Of a DNA stretch of 52,111 nt, positions 1-13,042 are shown piece after piece (positions within the stretch are counted from its first letter, which is position 1; every line of letters starts with the position of its first letter). The notes beneath the pieces were generated by a model. It worked only from the letters and a program-made list of their open reading frames with translations. It was not told the DNA's origin and made no database searches. The DNA is from Pelomyxa schiedti (lineage: Eukaryota > Protista > Evosea). The position numbers and the translations under genes are program-made. The stretch is from NCBI GenBank assembly GCA_020536535.1, contig JAHLWZ010000294.1:1-52111 (forward strand), given 5' to 3'.

Positions 1-1096
1 AGATCCCACAATTACATCCGCTACCTCGCTGGTCATTTTCAACGGTCCAGGAGCTGGTGGTTATCGCGCTCGTTTCGTTTCGTGGTTATTGCGGTTTGTT
101 GATTTCTAAGAAGCGGAAAAATACAGACGAGAGAAGCGCAGCCGGGTGCTCCCAGTAGCTCTTCTGCCCCACCTGGTTGCGTTGAGTTTCCTTATTGTGG
201 GATGTTCTGGTACATCTGCCCGGCACGTTGTTTGGGTCGACAATGGACAATGCCGTGACGGCGTCGTGACCCACGCACCAGATGAGGTGGTGGGCGGACT
301 GTCGTTTCAACATTGTGGGACCGTTGCAACGGCGACAACTTGGTGCCGAAAAAGACCTGCATGTTGTTGCTTGCAGGGCCTGATCACTGAAGATGATTTT
401 TGTCAAACACAAAGAAAGGGGGATGATACCATCAGGAAGCCAACTGTTCTGCCCTGATGTTGTGCTGCTACTATGCTTCAGTTTGACAGAACCAATGGGG
501 ATCAAGTATTCCTGCACCTGCGGAACACCCACGTAAGTGAGATAATGATCCATGGACGTGGGAATTTCAAGGTTGTTATACACAACCATATTTTATTGAT
601 CTAATCAGAGTTTTGGCAGTTGGGAGATATGGGATCATGCAGGAACTACGATTGCGCAATGAACAGCATTTCCCCGACCGAAAAGCGGAGGGCACTATGT
701 ATAACGAAACAGTCCACTTTCGATTATTATTGGCTCACTGTCCCCCAGTGGAATATCTTGCCCGTAGTTGTTGCAGGAGGCTAGCACCACTTCCACAGTA
801 AGGCAAACACAACCAAATGAGATTGACTCACTGGTCTCAGTTTCGCCTTTGGGGTGACCTTGTGGGATCTGTGTTTTCTGTTTGGGGATTTTGCCACCAC
901 AACAAACATCAAAACCAGCATCATCAGGGCAGTGGTATCCCTGCCCTGGAACAGATTATCTCCTCGTGTTGGCCCGATTCCAAAGCAAGGTGTGATCTCA
1001 CCACTGAAAAATTTCATTATTTATTATACTGGTTACACTACCAGTAGATGCGTTTGGGACAAATTTTCTTTTTCGTTTTTTCGAACCCGAAGGAAG

Positions 1097-2544
1097 ATGA
1101 GGGGACATGTAACGTTTTTGAGCCAGGACGATGTTGTTGGCCTTAAGATATCCATGAGAGATGTACTACGTGTAGTAGAGGAAGGATTCAGGCTAAAAGG
1201 ACTGGGTCAAGTTACCTCGTGCTAGCACATTTTTTCGTTTCTTTTTTCCCCCTGAAACTTATTGCAACCCTGTTTTTTTAAACAGACAGAGATGCCACCA
1301 AAGCCTGGGATTCACCCAAGAAAAGACTGTGCATATTCCTGACTTTATTATATGCCTTATGTAATATTTACCATTCAAGGTTTCATTCATGCCATGCCGG
1401 CACACGTGAGTGGTGGCATGGAAGGTATATTCTTTTTTTTCTGGGGGAGACCAAGGGAATGGCTCTCATTTCTCCTCAGCTTCGGGTGTTAAGTGGGTAA
1501 GTGGCTATCCTTCCAATCCAGCAAGTGGCCTTCCTTACATCAGTGGCTTGTTGGTATATTTTTCATGGCACATATAGTGCAATTTTAGTCATTTCCCTAC
1601 ACTAGATCATGAACGACCCCAGAACCGGGTTACCTGTTGCAGTGATGGATTGTGCGTATGTTACAGCTATGCGAACTGGCGCGAGTGTTGGTTTGGCTGC
1701 TAAATACTGCGCCAGAAAGTATGGGACTTCATGGCTACTCCTTTTTAAAAGAAAATCTAAAGGGATAGTACTACAGTTGGGATTGTTGGTTGTGGAGTAC
1801 AGGCACGGACCAGTCTAACTGCCTTAGTTGAAACTATGCCCCTACTTTCTACTGTCAAGTAGTTTTCCATAAGAAATCACCTTCACGCTAATTAGAATCA
1901 AGATGCTACGACATTCAGCCCAAGGCAATGAGAAACTATATTTTACAAATGAAGTCCCAACACCCTAACCTCACATTTTTGGAGTGCAGCTGTCCTCCTG
2001 ATGCAGCCGTAGGTTCTCATATCATTGTTTCAGCGACCCCAATGTAAGACCCCTCAGTGATACAGGCAATTAAGCCCTTTTAACAATAGAGTGGAGAAAC
2101 CAAGTCCGCTACTTGATGCCCAACACCTAGAACCGGGAGTAACAGTAATTGCACTTGACTATGATGCCACTTTTACCTCCGCCGCCATGAACCACTGTAA
2201 CAAATTCATAGCAGATGATATTGGTCAGCTTCTGGAAACAAAGCAACATGGGCCATACTTTGCCGGTGTACCACCTGTGGACAGAATAGGTGACTTTGGT
2301 CACCTCGTTTGCGGCACAAAACCAGGCCGCGAAACCGATACTGAGAAGCTATTCATGATGTTCCTAGGCATAGCCGTTGATGACATGGTAACAGAACCCA
2401 CTCAAAAATGCCAACAAAAACCACATTGCCTATCCCAGTCTGTTCTATCCCCTGATTCTCCAAAAGGTTACTGGCAAACTCGTTTATGAAAGGGCACTGG
2501 CTACAGGAACTGGAAAGACTCTGAAATTGTACTCACGTCTCTGA
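1097..2544 (+). CDS. Ornithine cyclodeaminase/mu-crystallin family protein (multi-exon)
   Basis: Spliced translation: MRGHVTFLSQDDV...MPPKPGIHPRKDCFIHAMPA...GVKWVSGYPSNPASGLPYISGL, MDCAYVTAMRTGA, Rossmann GIVGCGVQAR, KPGRETDTEK..GIAVDD. Ends LKLYSRL*. About 7 GT-AG introns restore the frame. Confidence 0.92.
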
Positions 2545-2794
2545 ACACCCCCAGAGATCTAGAAAAAAACAACACAACCAACCAATTTGCCTCTCATCAC
2601 CCCGTACGAAACTTTTTCGGCACGTCCAATATCAGAAAAAAAAACTTGTGCAAAGGAAAGATCGTCGGAAAGAGATTGCAAACCACACTTCGTTGATCCC
2701 TGCAGATCTGGTGTTGTAACCTCCACCGGTGGCTGTGTGGCTCTGTAACGGACGTCCGGACGAACACTTGTACGCTGGCCAGGCAACGTAAAAA

Positions 2795-5544
2795 ATGAAG
2801 TATGGGATCACGTCGCCGTTGGCTTTACGATATCTTCTGGCCATTGTCTGCGCCGGGGGTGTTTTGTTTATTGTGGGATTTCTCGGCGGCCTTGGACTGC
2901 AGGAATTTGGCCACAGGATGGTTAAAAACACGCTGGTTATTTCCAGCAACGAAAGCACTGGGTTGGTCTTTCTTTTCTTCCTTCGTAATGTTTGTGTATA
3001 TTTATTTACGTTTGACACTTTCGTAGGTACGACAATTGGGTTAGCGAGGAATACAAAAATGACGAAGGGTTATTGATGGAAATGTACTTCTGGAATATGA
3101 CAAACCCTCAGGCTGTTTTGGCTGGCGGTGTTCCCCACTACAACGAAACAGGTTCAGTACAGAAATGTGATCAATTTTGTGCCAAGTTTTTCTCCTTCAG
3201 GTCCTTATTTGTGGAGGACATATGATCGTGCTCTCAACCCTGAGTGGAATGACAATCGCACTGAAGTCACTTATGTTCAAAGGCTGTACAACAAATACGT
3301 TGGAACCGAAAACATATCCAACATTAAAATTACCTTGATGAACCCATTTTACATGGCAACCATCATCACAGCTGGAGGTGAACAGGCATTGCTAATAAGA
3401 TTTACAGCTCCGGCTCTAACACAAATTGTGGCCAATCTCCGAGTGAGTCACGTTCTTCTTAGTTGTTTGAGTATTTAAACTTAAACAGGGAGCTCAATTC
3501 CAGCTGCAATCTTCTGCAGGTGCAACAGCCAACATGTTGCCTCTTGAGAGGCAAGGTTTTACTTCCAAAATGGGAGCCACAGCGTTCATGGCGATGTGGG
3601 CAAACGCGACATCTGATTATCCTGGTGTCCATCCTGGGATGCGTGTAAGTACTGCGGGTTATCCTTCAAATATCACCTATCCTCAGGTATGCAACAATTT
3701 TTACGGTATTGCGGTTTTTTAACCTTCAAAAGGCCCTTCAACTTTGGAACTGTACACTGGCCTATTCCTTTTGCAACAAAGTTATGAACCAAGGAGTGTT
3801 TCTATGGGTTGCTGCTGCACGCAACGTGACTGCATCTGCCATGGCTCTCAAGGCCCTCACCGGTCTTTCTACTGTTCAGGTCTCACTTGTAGCCCAGTGG
3901 GTTGAAAATTATCGTGTCACCATAGCCCTGCCAACAATAATGACAAAGTTCAATCTCACTGATCCTGCCGATATTGGGTGAGCTTGATTGCATTTGCAAA
4001 AAATATTAACTTCATTTGGAAACCAGAAATGTACAATGGGGAACAGGGCAAATTCTCGGTGGAAACAGTGTAGCTGACTCAACCACACTTCCTGGCATTC
4101 CTGAGCTGGCTGTGTTCGCCAAGCGCGCTCTGAACGTCACTGTTGCATTGACAAACACTCAGGTAAACCTTTTTTTTCTCACGGGAACAAGTCTGACTTG
4201 GGAAAAAAAGGAATACAACCTCTTGTTGGGTCCCTCTAGGATCACCCTTGCTCCCAACCTTGGTGCTTTTCTCACTCTTGCTAAGAGTGGAGATGTTACC
4301 ACCATTCAAACTAGATGGGGCATTCCTCCCCAGGTGGTGGCTCCTCTCAGCCAGTATATAAACCAAGTGACCGTCAAATGGGTCATGCCCACATTGCAAG
4401 CCTGTTTTGCTAAGTTGTATCCTAAGTTGAGTTTGTTTGAATTAATACTCAAGTAGGGGTGGAGGACTTATATCCACTCGTACAGTTGAGCAATGGATGA
4501 ATGCTACTGACAATGGGCAACCATGGCCGGATCCTCTATTGGCTTTATTAGGAGTTACACCCAACAGTCGACAGTTGATTGTTAATGATTTCAACAACGA
4601 AATGGCAATCACCAGAAATCAAACGTCTGTCAGTTACACACCATTCTTTCTTACCTTTCCACAGGTTTACAAAAAGAACTGGTTTCAAAAATATTACTGA
4701 AGTTTTTTGGGTAGACCAGAGATGTTCTTCCTCCTACTGGAGTTGGGCAGAACCAGTTCGAATTGAGGGATATGATGGGACTCGTGTTCCCCCATTCAAC
4801 AGCAAAGCGTCTCTTCCTCAGTCTTACCTATTTTGGAATGAAGATATGAAGAGACCCTACACTGTCAAGTTTCACAACTGGTCAATGGTACAAGGCCTTA
4901 ACTGCTCTACATATCAACCCATTGGAGAAGCCAAACTGATAAATCCATTGTACTGGAATTATTACTCGGTAGGTATTTTAGACCAGTATTTTTGTAGCGC
5001 TGCTAACCGTCCAAGGGAATCTCCAATGTGAGTGCATTGAATAAGGGAGCGCCTTTATTTTCTTCATTCCCGCATCTTACAGCCGGCGGCGAATACTGGA
5101 TGAACAACTTCACCTCAAATATGTGCCCAGATCCTGACCAATACACGGTAAAATATTTATTACTATGGAGTATCACTAAACTCTGAACAGACCACTTTCT
5201 GGATTGACCCCTATTCGGGGATGACTGTGAAGGCCAGCACTCTCACACAAGTCAATCTTATCCTGACACCACAGCAAGGGCCGCTGTTTCAGCCAATCAA
5301 TACACTTGTGCGGAGGAACGCGCTGTATCCTCTCTTCTGGTCCCGCAAATCCGCCACAGCGGCCGAGGACAAAACAGACAAACTAGCAATGCTAGCAAAC
5401 GCTGATGATGCAGGCAGTGTCTTCATTGTTGTTGTTACAATTATTGGAGCTCTGGTTCTTGCTGCAGGCTCAACACTCCTCATAGTGTGGGGTATTTCAC
5501 AATACAACGAGTCTCTTATGCCGGATGAAATGTTTGATGCCTAA
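2795..5544 (+). CDS. CD36/LIMP-II-like lysosomal membrane glycoprotein (multi-exon)
   Basis: N-terminal TM, CD36 motif MYFWNMTNPQAVLAGGVPHYNETGPYLW, IEGYDGTRVPP, APLFSSFPH, IDPYSGMTVKA, C-terminal TM and short tail. Many N-glycosylation sequons and a long luminal insert. Confidence 0.85.
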
Positions 5545-5683
5545 TGCCCCTGTCTGTGTTGAAACCTATGCACCCTTCCTTATCCCCTATTTATTTTAGA
5601 AAAACAAAAAAATCGACATAAATTTTCATGTATTTCTTCTGGTTTTTTCCTTTTTCTTTTTGGCAATAACACTAAAAATAATA

Positions 5684-7552
5684 CTAGGGTGACGAGGAAG
5701 AAGAAGGCGAATAAGGTGTTGCTGAAGGAGTGGACCCCGATGTTGTTGAGGTGGAATTCGTAGTGCGGTTTGTTGGTTGTTGGTGATGGGATTGCGTGGC
5801 GGCTACGTGCGAGTGTGGTGTTGTGGAAACAGAAGTGGTGACAGTAGTGCTAGGTACTACGGGGCGTTGGAATGGCTGTTGTGGTTGCTGTGGATGTTGA
5901 CGTGGTTGTTGAGGTGGTGGCTGCTGCTGTTGTTGTGGCACCTGTGGCGGCAGCAGCTGTGGTTGTACTGGGTGTTGTTGTGTTCTTGGGTGGGGTTGGT
6001 AGAGGGCCGGGTTGTAGGGGTAGTGATGCCCGCCCCTTCTCGGGGGAGGGGTCAGGGGCGGGTACATGGCGCCGTAGATGGGTGGAAAGAAAATGGGTGT
6101 CCCTGGGGGGATTGCCATTCCAAATTGCTGTGGTAGCAGCTGGACTGTGGGCGGGAACTGTGGAGGAAACGCTACCGCGGCTTGCGGCCCTTGTGGGAGG
6201 CTGATGAATTGAGGTGGTAGTTGTGGTGTGGCAAGTTGTGGTGTGACAAGTTGAGGTGGTGTGACGGTGACGGGTGCGGGGGTAGGTTTGCTTATTTGTG
6301 AGGGATGGGGGAGTGGTGAATGGGAATGGGAATGTGAATGTGAATGTGTTGATGGAGGAGTATGTGGTGACCCTGTCTTCAGTGGCTGCAGAGAAGCAGA
6401 GGACACTGGAATGCTTGAAGGTGAGGCGTTTCCAACCGATCTTGATTGTCTCACTTCAGGTTCGGGTGGGGGAGGCCGCTCTGGGGAAGAAGGTTCATTC
6501 GAGTCAGCTGTGGTTGAGTTCCATAGTATATCAAATTCGGATAAAGACCCGTCCTTTCTCAAAGCCTCCTCTAGCCTTCGTTTTTTTGACTTTTAAAGGT
6601 TTAGAGTACAATTTGGGTATTTACAAATACCAACCTCTCTACGATATTCTTCAATCTTGCGCTGGACTTCCTCCTCCTCTTTCCGTTTGCGCCGTCTGAT
6701 CTCATGTGGAGATAACATTTTACTTGCGGGTGTATTGTTGTGCCTCAAGGAGCACTTGCAAGCAAGGTGATAACGGAATTGCCGTAGATCATCTGACGTG
6801 TATACCATACTTTCTTTCCACACCGAGAGGATCTTTGTTTGAGAATAAAAGTTAACATAATTCAAACTCAAGTGAAATTTGTACTAACTTTTGTCAAATT
6901 TGTGTCATCCAAGGGAAATTCATGTATTACATCAACCATTCCAGCAGCAATAACCTCCCGAAAGGCACGAAGGTTTTTTCTATGGGATGTCTTGCTTATG
7001 CAGTCGATAATATATAAAAGTGCCAGCTTTTTCTCGTAGTCCTCATGCTGTATCCATTTGATTTCTTTTTCATTATTTTTTTTTTAAAAAAAGAGGAGCA
7101 GCGAAACATACATCTCTGAGAGTCTCCAGCAAAAAGTCGAATAGCACTTTCGCCACGTCAGAGTGTTCGAGCGCAAAGGTAGTAGCGTTCAAAATGACCT
7201 CCTTCGAGCACGACAGATTGGACAGGACCTCGGCCCACTCCTTCCTCTCAGACTCCCCCTTCACGAATTTCGGCGCCCCATAATCCCCGCCCTCGGCGCT
7301 CGCGGTCGTGGCGTTGGTGCTACTGGCAATGGTGCTGCTGCTGGCACCGACACTGCTGGCGGCTCCAGAACCAACACCGGGGGTTGTTGCAGCCGCGCCC
7401 GTGACGTAATCGGCGCGATAACCGACGCGCGAGGACGACTCGTCGTCGGCAGGGCGTGGGGGGTATCGTGGGGCGCCGTTGTCGCTGTTTATCGTCGGCG
7501 CCGAGGAAGACGACGACGCAGATCCCGTGTGTTCTTGTTGTTGGTCGCTCAT
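5684..7552 (-). CDS. CID (CTD-interacting) domain protein, CTK3-like, with Pro/Gln-rich tail (multi-exon)
   Basis: LSNLSCSKEVILNATTFALEH...KLALLYIIDCISK is CID-like. VQRKIEEYRRE/SKKRRLEE...SEFDILWNST resembles the CTK3 C-terminal motif. Low-complexity C-terminus. Confidence 0.65.
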
Positions 7553-8051
7553 TTTTTTTCCTTCCGCAGATTAGAAAGTCATCAGGGAGGGTCCTGTAGA
7601 GTGGGCACACACCTTCGTATTATAATAAGATGGTCACGCCCAATGCCCAATGTAGAACCGAAACAAAAAACTCCTGGAAGTTCTCAACAAGCAGAAGCCA
7701 ATCACAAAAAGACAACCAGCAACGGCTTTTTTGTAATCATCAACAATGTTTTGAAACAGGGGTGAGGTTGTGCCAAGGAAACAGAGCGCGCGACCAAATG
7801 ATGGCGTTGGCTGTGGCGGCTACGTCACAAAGATGCAGTGTGCGCTCCTCAACCAGGATTATGGGTGCTTACCTCCAGTGTTTGTCGTTGGAAAGATGGT
7901 GGTGGAATTGTGGGCCATGGTTTTCCTGAGACTTTGGGGAAAATTGTCTGAAGTGTTTTGTTTTTCAAGCCTTTAATGCTGCGAATATTGCCGATGGATG
8001 TAGTGATATCAAAATCAAGTCCACATGCGGCGATCGTCACAGCCAGCGACA

Positions 8052-9280
8052 ATGTTACATTTCATGGGCAACGCAACTTTCACACATTGGCACAGGCATT
8101 CCTTGAAACGTGTCGGCAGGCAATTCCGGTTTGATCCTTTGAACTTGTTGCTAGAAGGTGCTGGCCACAAAGAGCTGGAGGAGCGGTGTGATTTGTCCCA
8201 CAGTTATGCCCTTTCTCTGTGGAAGTTATACCACAACGAAGGAAAAGACGCTGCTGCCGAAAAATTACACAGGTCCTTCTCGCAGCACTTTAAACCCAAG
8301 TAAGTAACTCTAACTGCCCCAACACTGCCATTTTTTTCACTCTTGCAGCGAAGAACTTTAGGGTATGCACTTTTCTACAGCACTACTGTGGGAAAGTTCT
8401 AGGGAGACCAAAGGCGTTATCGTACTTGGCCTCTGACAACCTTAACGAGGTTATAACACCTAGAGATATCTCCAAAGTATTGCTTGTGTAATTTCGAGGA
8501 ACATTTCGCATTTATTACCCCCTAACAGCCTCGTAGGGAATTTTCTTGCTTAAGTTGTCCAAGAAGGTTAAAAGTGCAACCCCAGGTTTATCAGTTGCTG
8601 TGGAACAGTATCAATACCACCTAGAGCTGAAATCTGTTGTCTGGAGGGCAGAACAAATTGTTTTTACAGATGAGAAAACATTTGATTCTGGTGATATTAC
8701 CAAGAGGTTGGAGGAATGAATTATTATTATTATTTATTTGTTAATTAAAAAACAGAATGGGAAATTATGGCTACTCTCCAATAAATGAGCGACTTCCCAC
8801 AACAGCCCGGCTTGTGCATCTCCCTGTTCCAAAATATGGCCAGGTACTGCCAATCATCTATTATCTTCTTGTATTCATATTAATTTAGATCAAAGTCATT
8901 GCAGCCATAGGAGTTGTGCAGCCTGGGCCTATGCTAGACGGAAGCGTCGGAGATATTGGAGCCATAGCTTTTTTCTTTCAAAAGGCCGGCTGGAAAAGGA
9001 AGAGAAAGTCCAGTTTTATACCCATGTGTTACCTTGTCATCTGTCCCCACATCCTGGTAACTTCAACATCATCCATGATGTCTACTCACTTTTCCTTAGG
9101 TGGTATTAGATAATATGCCCCAGCACAGACAACAAACACCAGAGATTGCTTCTGCAATATCGGCAGCTGGAAGCTTTATTGCATGGAATCCCCCCCGGTC
9201 CCCAGACCTAAATTTAATTGAGAAGTTCAGGGATGTGGTTTCAAGTCGAATCACACAGCTGCACTTGGAATTACTGACAG
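8052..9280 (+). mobile_element. IS630/Tc1/mariner-superfamily DDE transposase gene with introns, probably degenerate
   Basis: IVFTDEKTFD (D 8669), YGYSPINER, VVLDNMPQH (D 9109), WNPPRSPDLNLIEKF (E 9220), giving DD36E. Upstream GRPKAL. Introns 8707-8755, 8844-8888 and 9057-9099 join the frame. The N-terminal exon phase does not join cleanly. Confidence 0.8.
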
Positions 9281-10542
9281 GTCCTACTTGGTTCTACTTC
9301 ATTCATGATCTAACTTTGCCGGGAACAGGTAAGTATAGAGTGCGGCGATGTGCTCAATACTAGCCGGGAAAGGTGAATCTACAACTGTAGACCACAGTTT
9401 GTTGCGAAGATCTGACAGCTTCTGATGCATGGTCTTCTCCACTGATCGAGAGTGTGCCATGGTTTTTCTGAAAGTGGGAGACACAGACAGGTGTTCCTGA
9501 CATTCCATTCTATTTGTTTTTGCTAGTCGGGTACGATTTAGCTTTTTATTTCATGTTTTTGTTTGGTTTTCACATCAACACAGGTATGAGGATAATGACG
9601 AGAAAGTGGAGAGCAGTACATCGACATTTGAGTTTTTAAGTCCTCACACCAACATAGGGCCATCCTGGCAGCAACTCTGTCAGACTTTAATGGACCAGGC
9701 CGGAACTACTGCATGTATCTTCTCCGATTTGGACCTGGCAATCTACCCCATGGTTGTCCTATCACTCTCTACACCCTGACCAAGCCTCCATCCAGGACAT
9801 TGGTTCATGAATGGAGATGGAGGAGTATGGAGTAGAAGTACAAAAACCTTGTCATAGTGAAGAGTCAGTGGCACAACCCCCTTCGGTGGATTCAGTGTTT
9901 GAGGTTGTCTGTGAAAAAGTTATCAGAAGGGTGGTGACAGGCTGAGCATTCCAGCACACAAGAATTTTCAACATTGAAAACTGTGGGAATGAGAATGGGG
10001 CAAAGAGGATTCCTTAAGGAAGAAGCAATCTGAATCTGTTGGGAATTCAGCTGGTTTCTGAGAAGTACAGCTTTTTTCCTCCAATTGTCAAGACTCTAAC
10101 ATTGCTATAGTGGGCAGTGGGGAGTATGATGTGACTTCGATTAACATAGATATAATTTCACTTGGTCTATCCGGAATTACACTAGGCAAATAACATACTC
10201 AAACTATTTCCAGAGGGACAGCATTGCTTGAGGCCCCGATGTGATACGCAAGTGATACACAAGCTATTCATTGATAGATGGCGGCCACACTACTACGAAG
10301 CTGCATTGAATGCACCCAGCACATACATAGCCAGTCCAGTGCAAAAACTTCAAGGAGTGGAAGATGGTGATGGACTATTCATCCTTCCATGTGCTCCCAG
10401 GACCCCTGGCTCTGGCTATACATGCTGCCCCAGCACAGCAATACACCTTCCACACCTAAGGGAACAAAAAAAAAAAAGGAAATAAAAAACCCAGCACAGA
10501 TTGGAACAACCCAAACCAGGGCCTGGGAACAGCACCAATTTG

Positions 10543-11365
10543 TGGAGACCTCCGCTTGATCATGGGGGGTGTGGCACTGGCCCTGTGTGCCCTTGCATTC
10601 TCTGGCCTCATGCACTTTGTCAAATCCCGCGATCAGAACCGCAGCGCCCCGGCAAATTCAGCAGCATTTGTTGAACTTGCAGACATAAATGAGGCAAATA
10701 CCGCAAAGGATCCAAAGGATGCAGACCCAGCAGACACAAAAGGCACCGACAAGGAGGGCATCAATGACTCAAACGACAAGGTGGACGATCCGAAACAAGC
10801 GAGTGTGAAGGAACAAAGTGGCTGCTTGCATGCCGTCCTTTTCAAACACAGGACCGCAGCTGGTGCAGTGGTATCAATAATGACTGGGCTCATATATTCC
10901 GGCTGGTCGCCATTGTGCTCCCTTGCTCTACGCGATGAAAACCACAAACTGGATCCGTACACCCTTCAGTTTGTGTTCGCAATCGGAATGACTTTTGTTG
11001 GCATTTTCACGACGGGGTCATTTGCCCTGTGGAACCTGACAGGAACCACCACCACCGCCGCCACCGCAAAGGAACGGCTCAATTGGAACGTCTACAAGAA
11101 AACACCTCCTCTTGGGCACTTGGCTTCGTTGTTGGGTGGAATGACTCTCCAACTGGGATATTTGCTCATCTTCATTGCCGGCTCTCAGGTTGGGATGGCT
11201 GTCTCTTTTGCCATTGGTGGATGCAGCCCTCTGGTGGGAACTTCTTGGGGCCTCGTTTTCAGGGAATTCAAGGGAACTTCTTGGAGAGTGAAGGCTTTAT
11301 TGTGTGGTGTGATTCTTCTCTATTGCGCAGCAATTGCTTGCATTGCGTGTGCTGGTGTGGTGTGA
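10543..11365 (+). CDS. C-terminal half of a DMT-superfamily ureide-permease/GRP-like transporter (5' part not found)
   Basis: GDLRLIMGGVALAL TM, charged loop, GLIYSGWSP, LDPYT, AGSQVGMAVSFAIGGCSPLVGTSWGLVFREFKG. About 6 TMs. No upstream TM-coding exons recognised. Confidence 0.7.
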
Positions 11366-11423
11366 AGAAACACCCCCCAAAAAAAAAACTTGGGTTACTT
11401 TTCCAAGGTGACCCTAAAAATTA

Positions 11424-12943
11424 TCACTTCTTACCTCGCATTTTGAGAAACTTAACAAATAGAACCACAAGAACAACGGCAGAGACCAGTAAAACTGTCC
11501 CTAGTGATACAGTCACACTCAAAAAAAGCGTTCTAGAAACGGCATCTTCTGCTGGACCAAACTCAGCTTTTATTTGGATGTATCCCGTGGCACCCGGAGC
11601 CACTCCATCTGATCTAGAATTTGTTAGTTTGGAAACAAGTGATTGACTTCAGGTACATGATTCCTCCACCATTTGCTGCAATAAATAATAGACTGTACTT
11701 TGTGTTCGGTTTTATCTTCCCAAATGTAGTGACGGCATACTGACTGTAGACAAAAGTATCGCCAAAGGTTCCGAGATTGTCTGGAATAGTATGCTCATCA
11801 CAGTAGTACGAGGCATCATAAGGCATGAGATAAACACTCCACCCCGTTGTCATGTTGGGGGCTATGGAGTAGTAAAGCCCCCAACTTGCTCCAAGTGGCA
11901 GAGGTGGAAGTGACAGTGTTGACCCAAGCAATAGGCTGTATGCCACAACAGTGGGAGGCATGTCTCTCTCTGCCAGAAGTGGGACAAGTGTTTGTAGTGC
12001 AAATTTGTCTGTAGAATTGATGCTTTTGAAAATCTTTGTTAGTAGTGGTTGTGATAGAAGTTAGTACCTTCCAAGGGAGGCCGTGTATTTGTACAAAACA
12101 ATTGCTGAAAGTAGAATGGGAAACAACATGATATTAAAAGTCAAATAAGAATGAGATAGGCAACACATACCTGCGGTCCATTTATCTGTGTAAGTAAAGG
12201 ACTGTGTGTCCAAATCATATGCCCTAACAGTTACATTCAACTGAAACGAGGTTCCGTTTCCAAAACATGTTGGGAAATAGACCGTGGAAGTGTACCAGGT
12301 TTGGTTGGGACCTACGTTATAAGCCGGATCGGGAAAGGGGTAGTGCCAAACCCCTTCAGCATCCTGAATTGAAATGTAGGTAAATAATTTAGGAACGAGA
12401 ACTATTTCACTGCAATTTGGAGGAATACTAGTGAGGAATGAACTGCCGCTCCAACCCTGTGGTTATCTGTGGTATTCTTTGAACATCCATCTACCCTGAT
12501 TATGAAGGCATAGCCAACTCCAAGATCTACATAGAACTGTCCTTGGTATGGGAAATATCAGAACAAGGATAAAGAACATAAAAGTATTTTCCAAAACCAA
12601 AACAAGAAGAAAATATTAGCATCAAACTACTAAAGGAATAACCGTGGTGAATATGTCACGTCCAGCAGCCGAAGAACCAAGAAGTGACTGTGAGAAGCCA
12701 TGCTGATCATAAAACTTGTCTGGTGGGTAACTGCAACTGCTCCTATGTGCTGTTGAGATAGTATACAAGAGTTTATGAAAAGGCCAAATAAGAAAAAGAA
12801 AACCAGAACAATAAATAGTTCGCATTGACAAAAAGGGTTGCCATTATAGCGTATTTAAATACTCACCAATGGTGAATGGCCGAAACTGTCGCCAACAATA
12901 AACAAAGAAAGCCAACAACCGCACAACGCCCAAGACCGTTCAT
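11424..12943 (-). CDS. Type I membrane/surface protein of unknown function (multi-exon), paralog of 13043-14423
   Basis: Signal peptide MNGLGRCAVVGFLCLLLATVSA, ectodomain VVAYSLLLGSTLSLPPL..PYDASYYC..GTFGDT, C-terminal TM (GTVLLVSAVVLVVLFV) then KFLKMR. 3' end approximate. Confidence 0.65.
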
Positions 12944-13042
12944 TTAATTTTTCTTTGTGGGGTCTATCGGCGGCCAGCGGTTTTTGATGTCGGTTCAACG
13001 GACACTTTTGTAGATCTGGCAGATCCGCAAAGGAAAATTTAA

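Noticed and set aside
1-1050. ORFs 86-589 (-), 146-457 (+) and neighbours
   Set aside because: No recognisable motif or consistent exon chain. Left unannotated.
7570-7640. Terminal inverted repeat of the transposon
   Set aside because: No matching reverse-complement copy found downstream by eye.
9430-10490. Fanzor/TnpB cargo next to the IS630-like transposase
   Set aside because: No RuvC motifs (DPG, E..TS..C..C, RD.NAA.N) seen in the frames I read.
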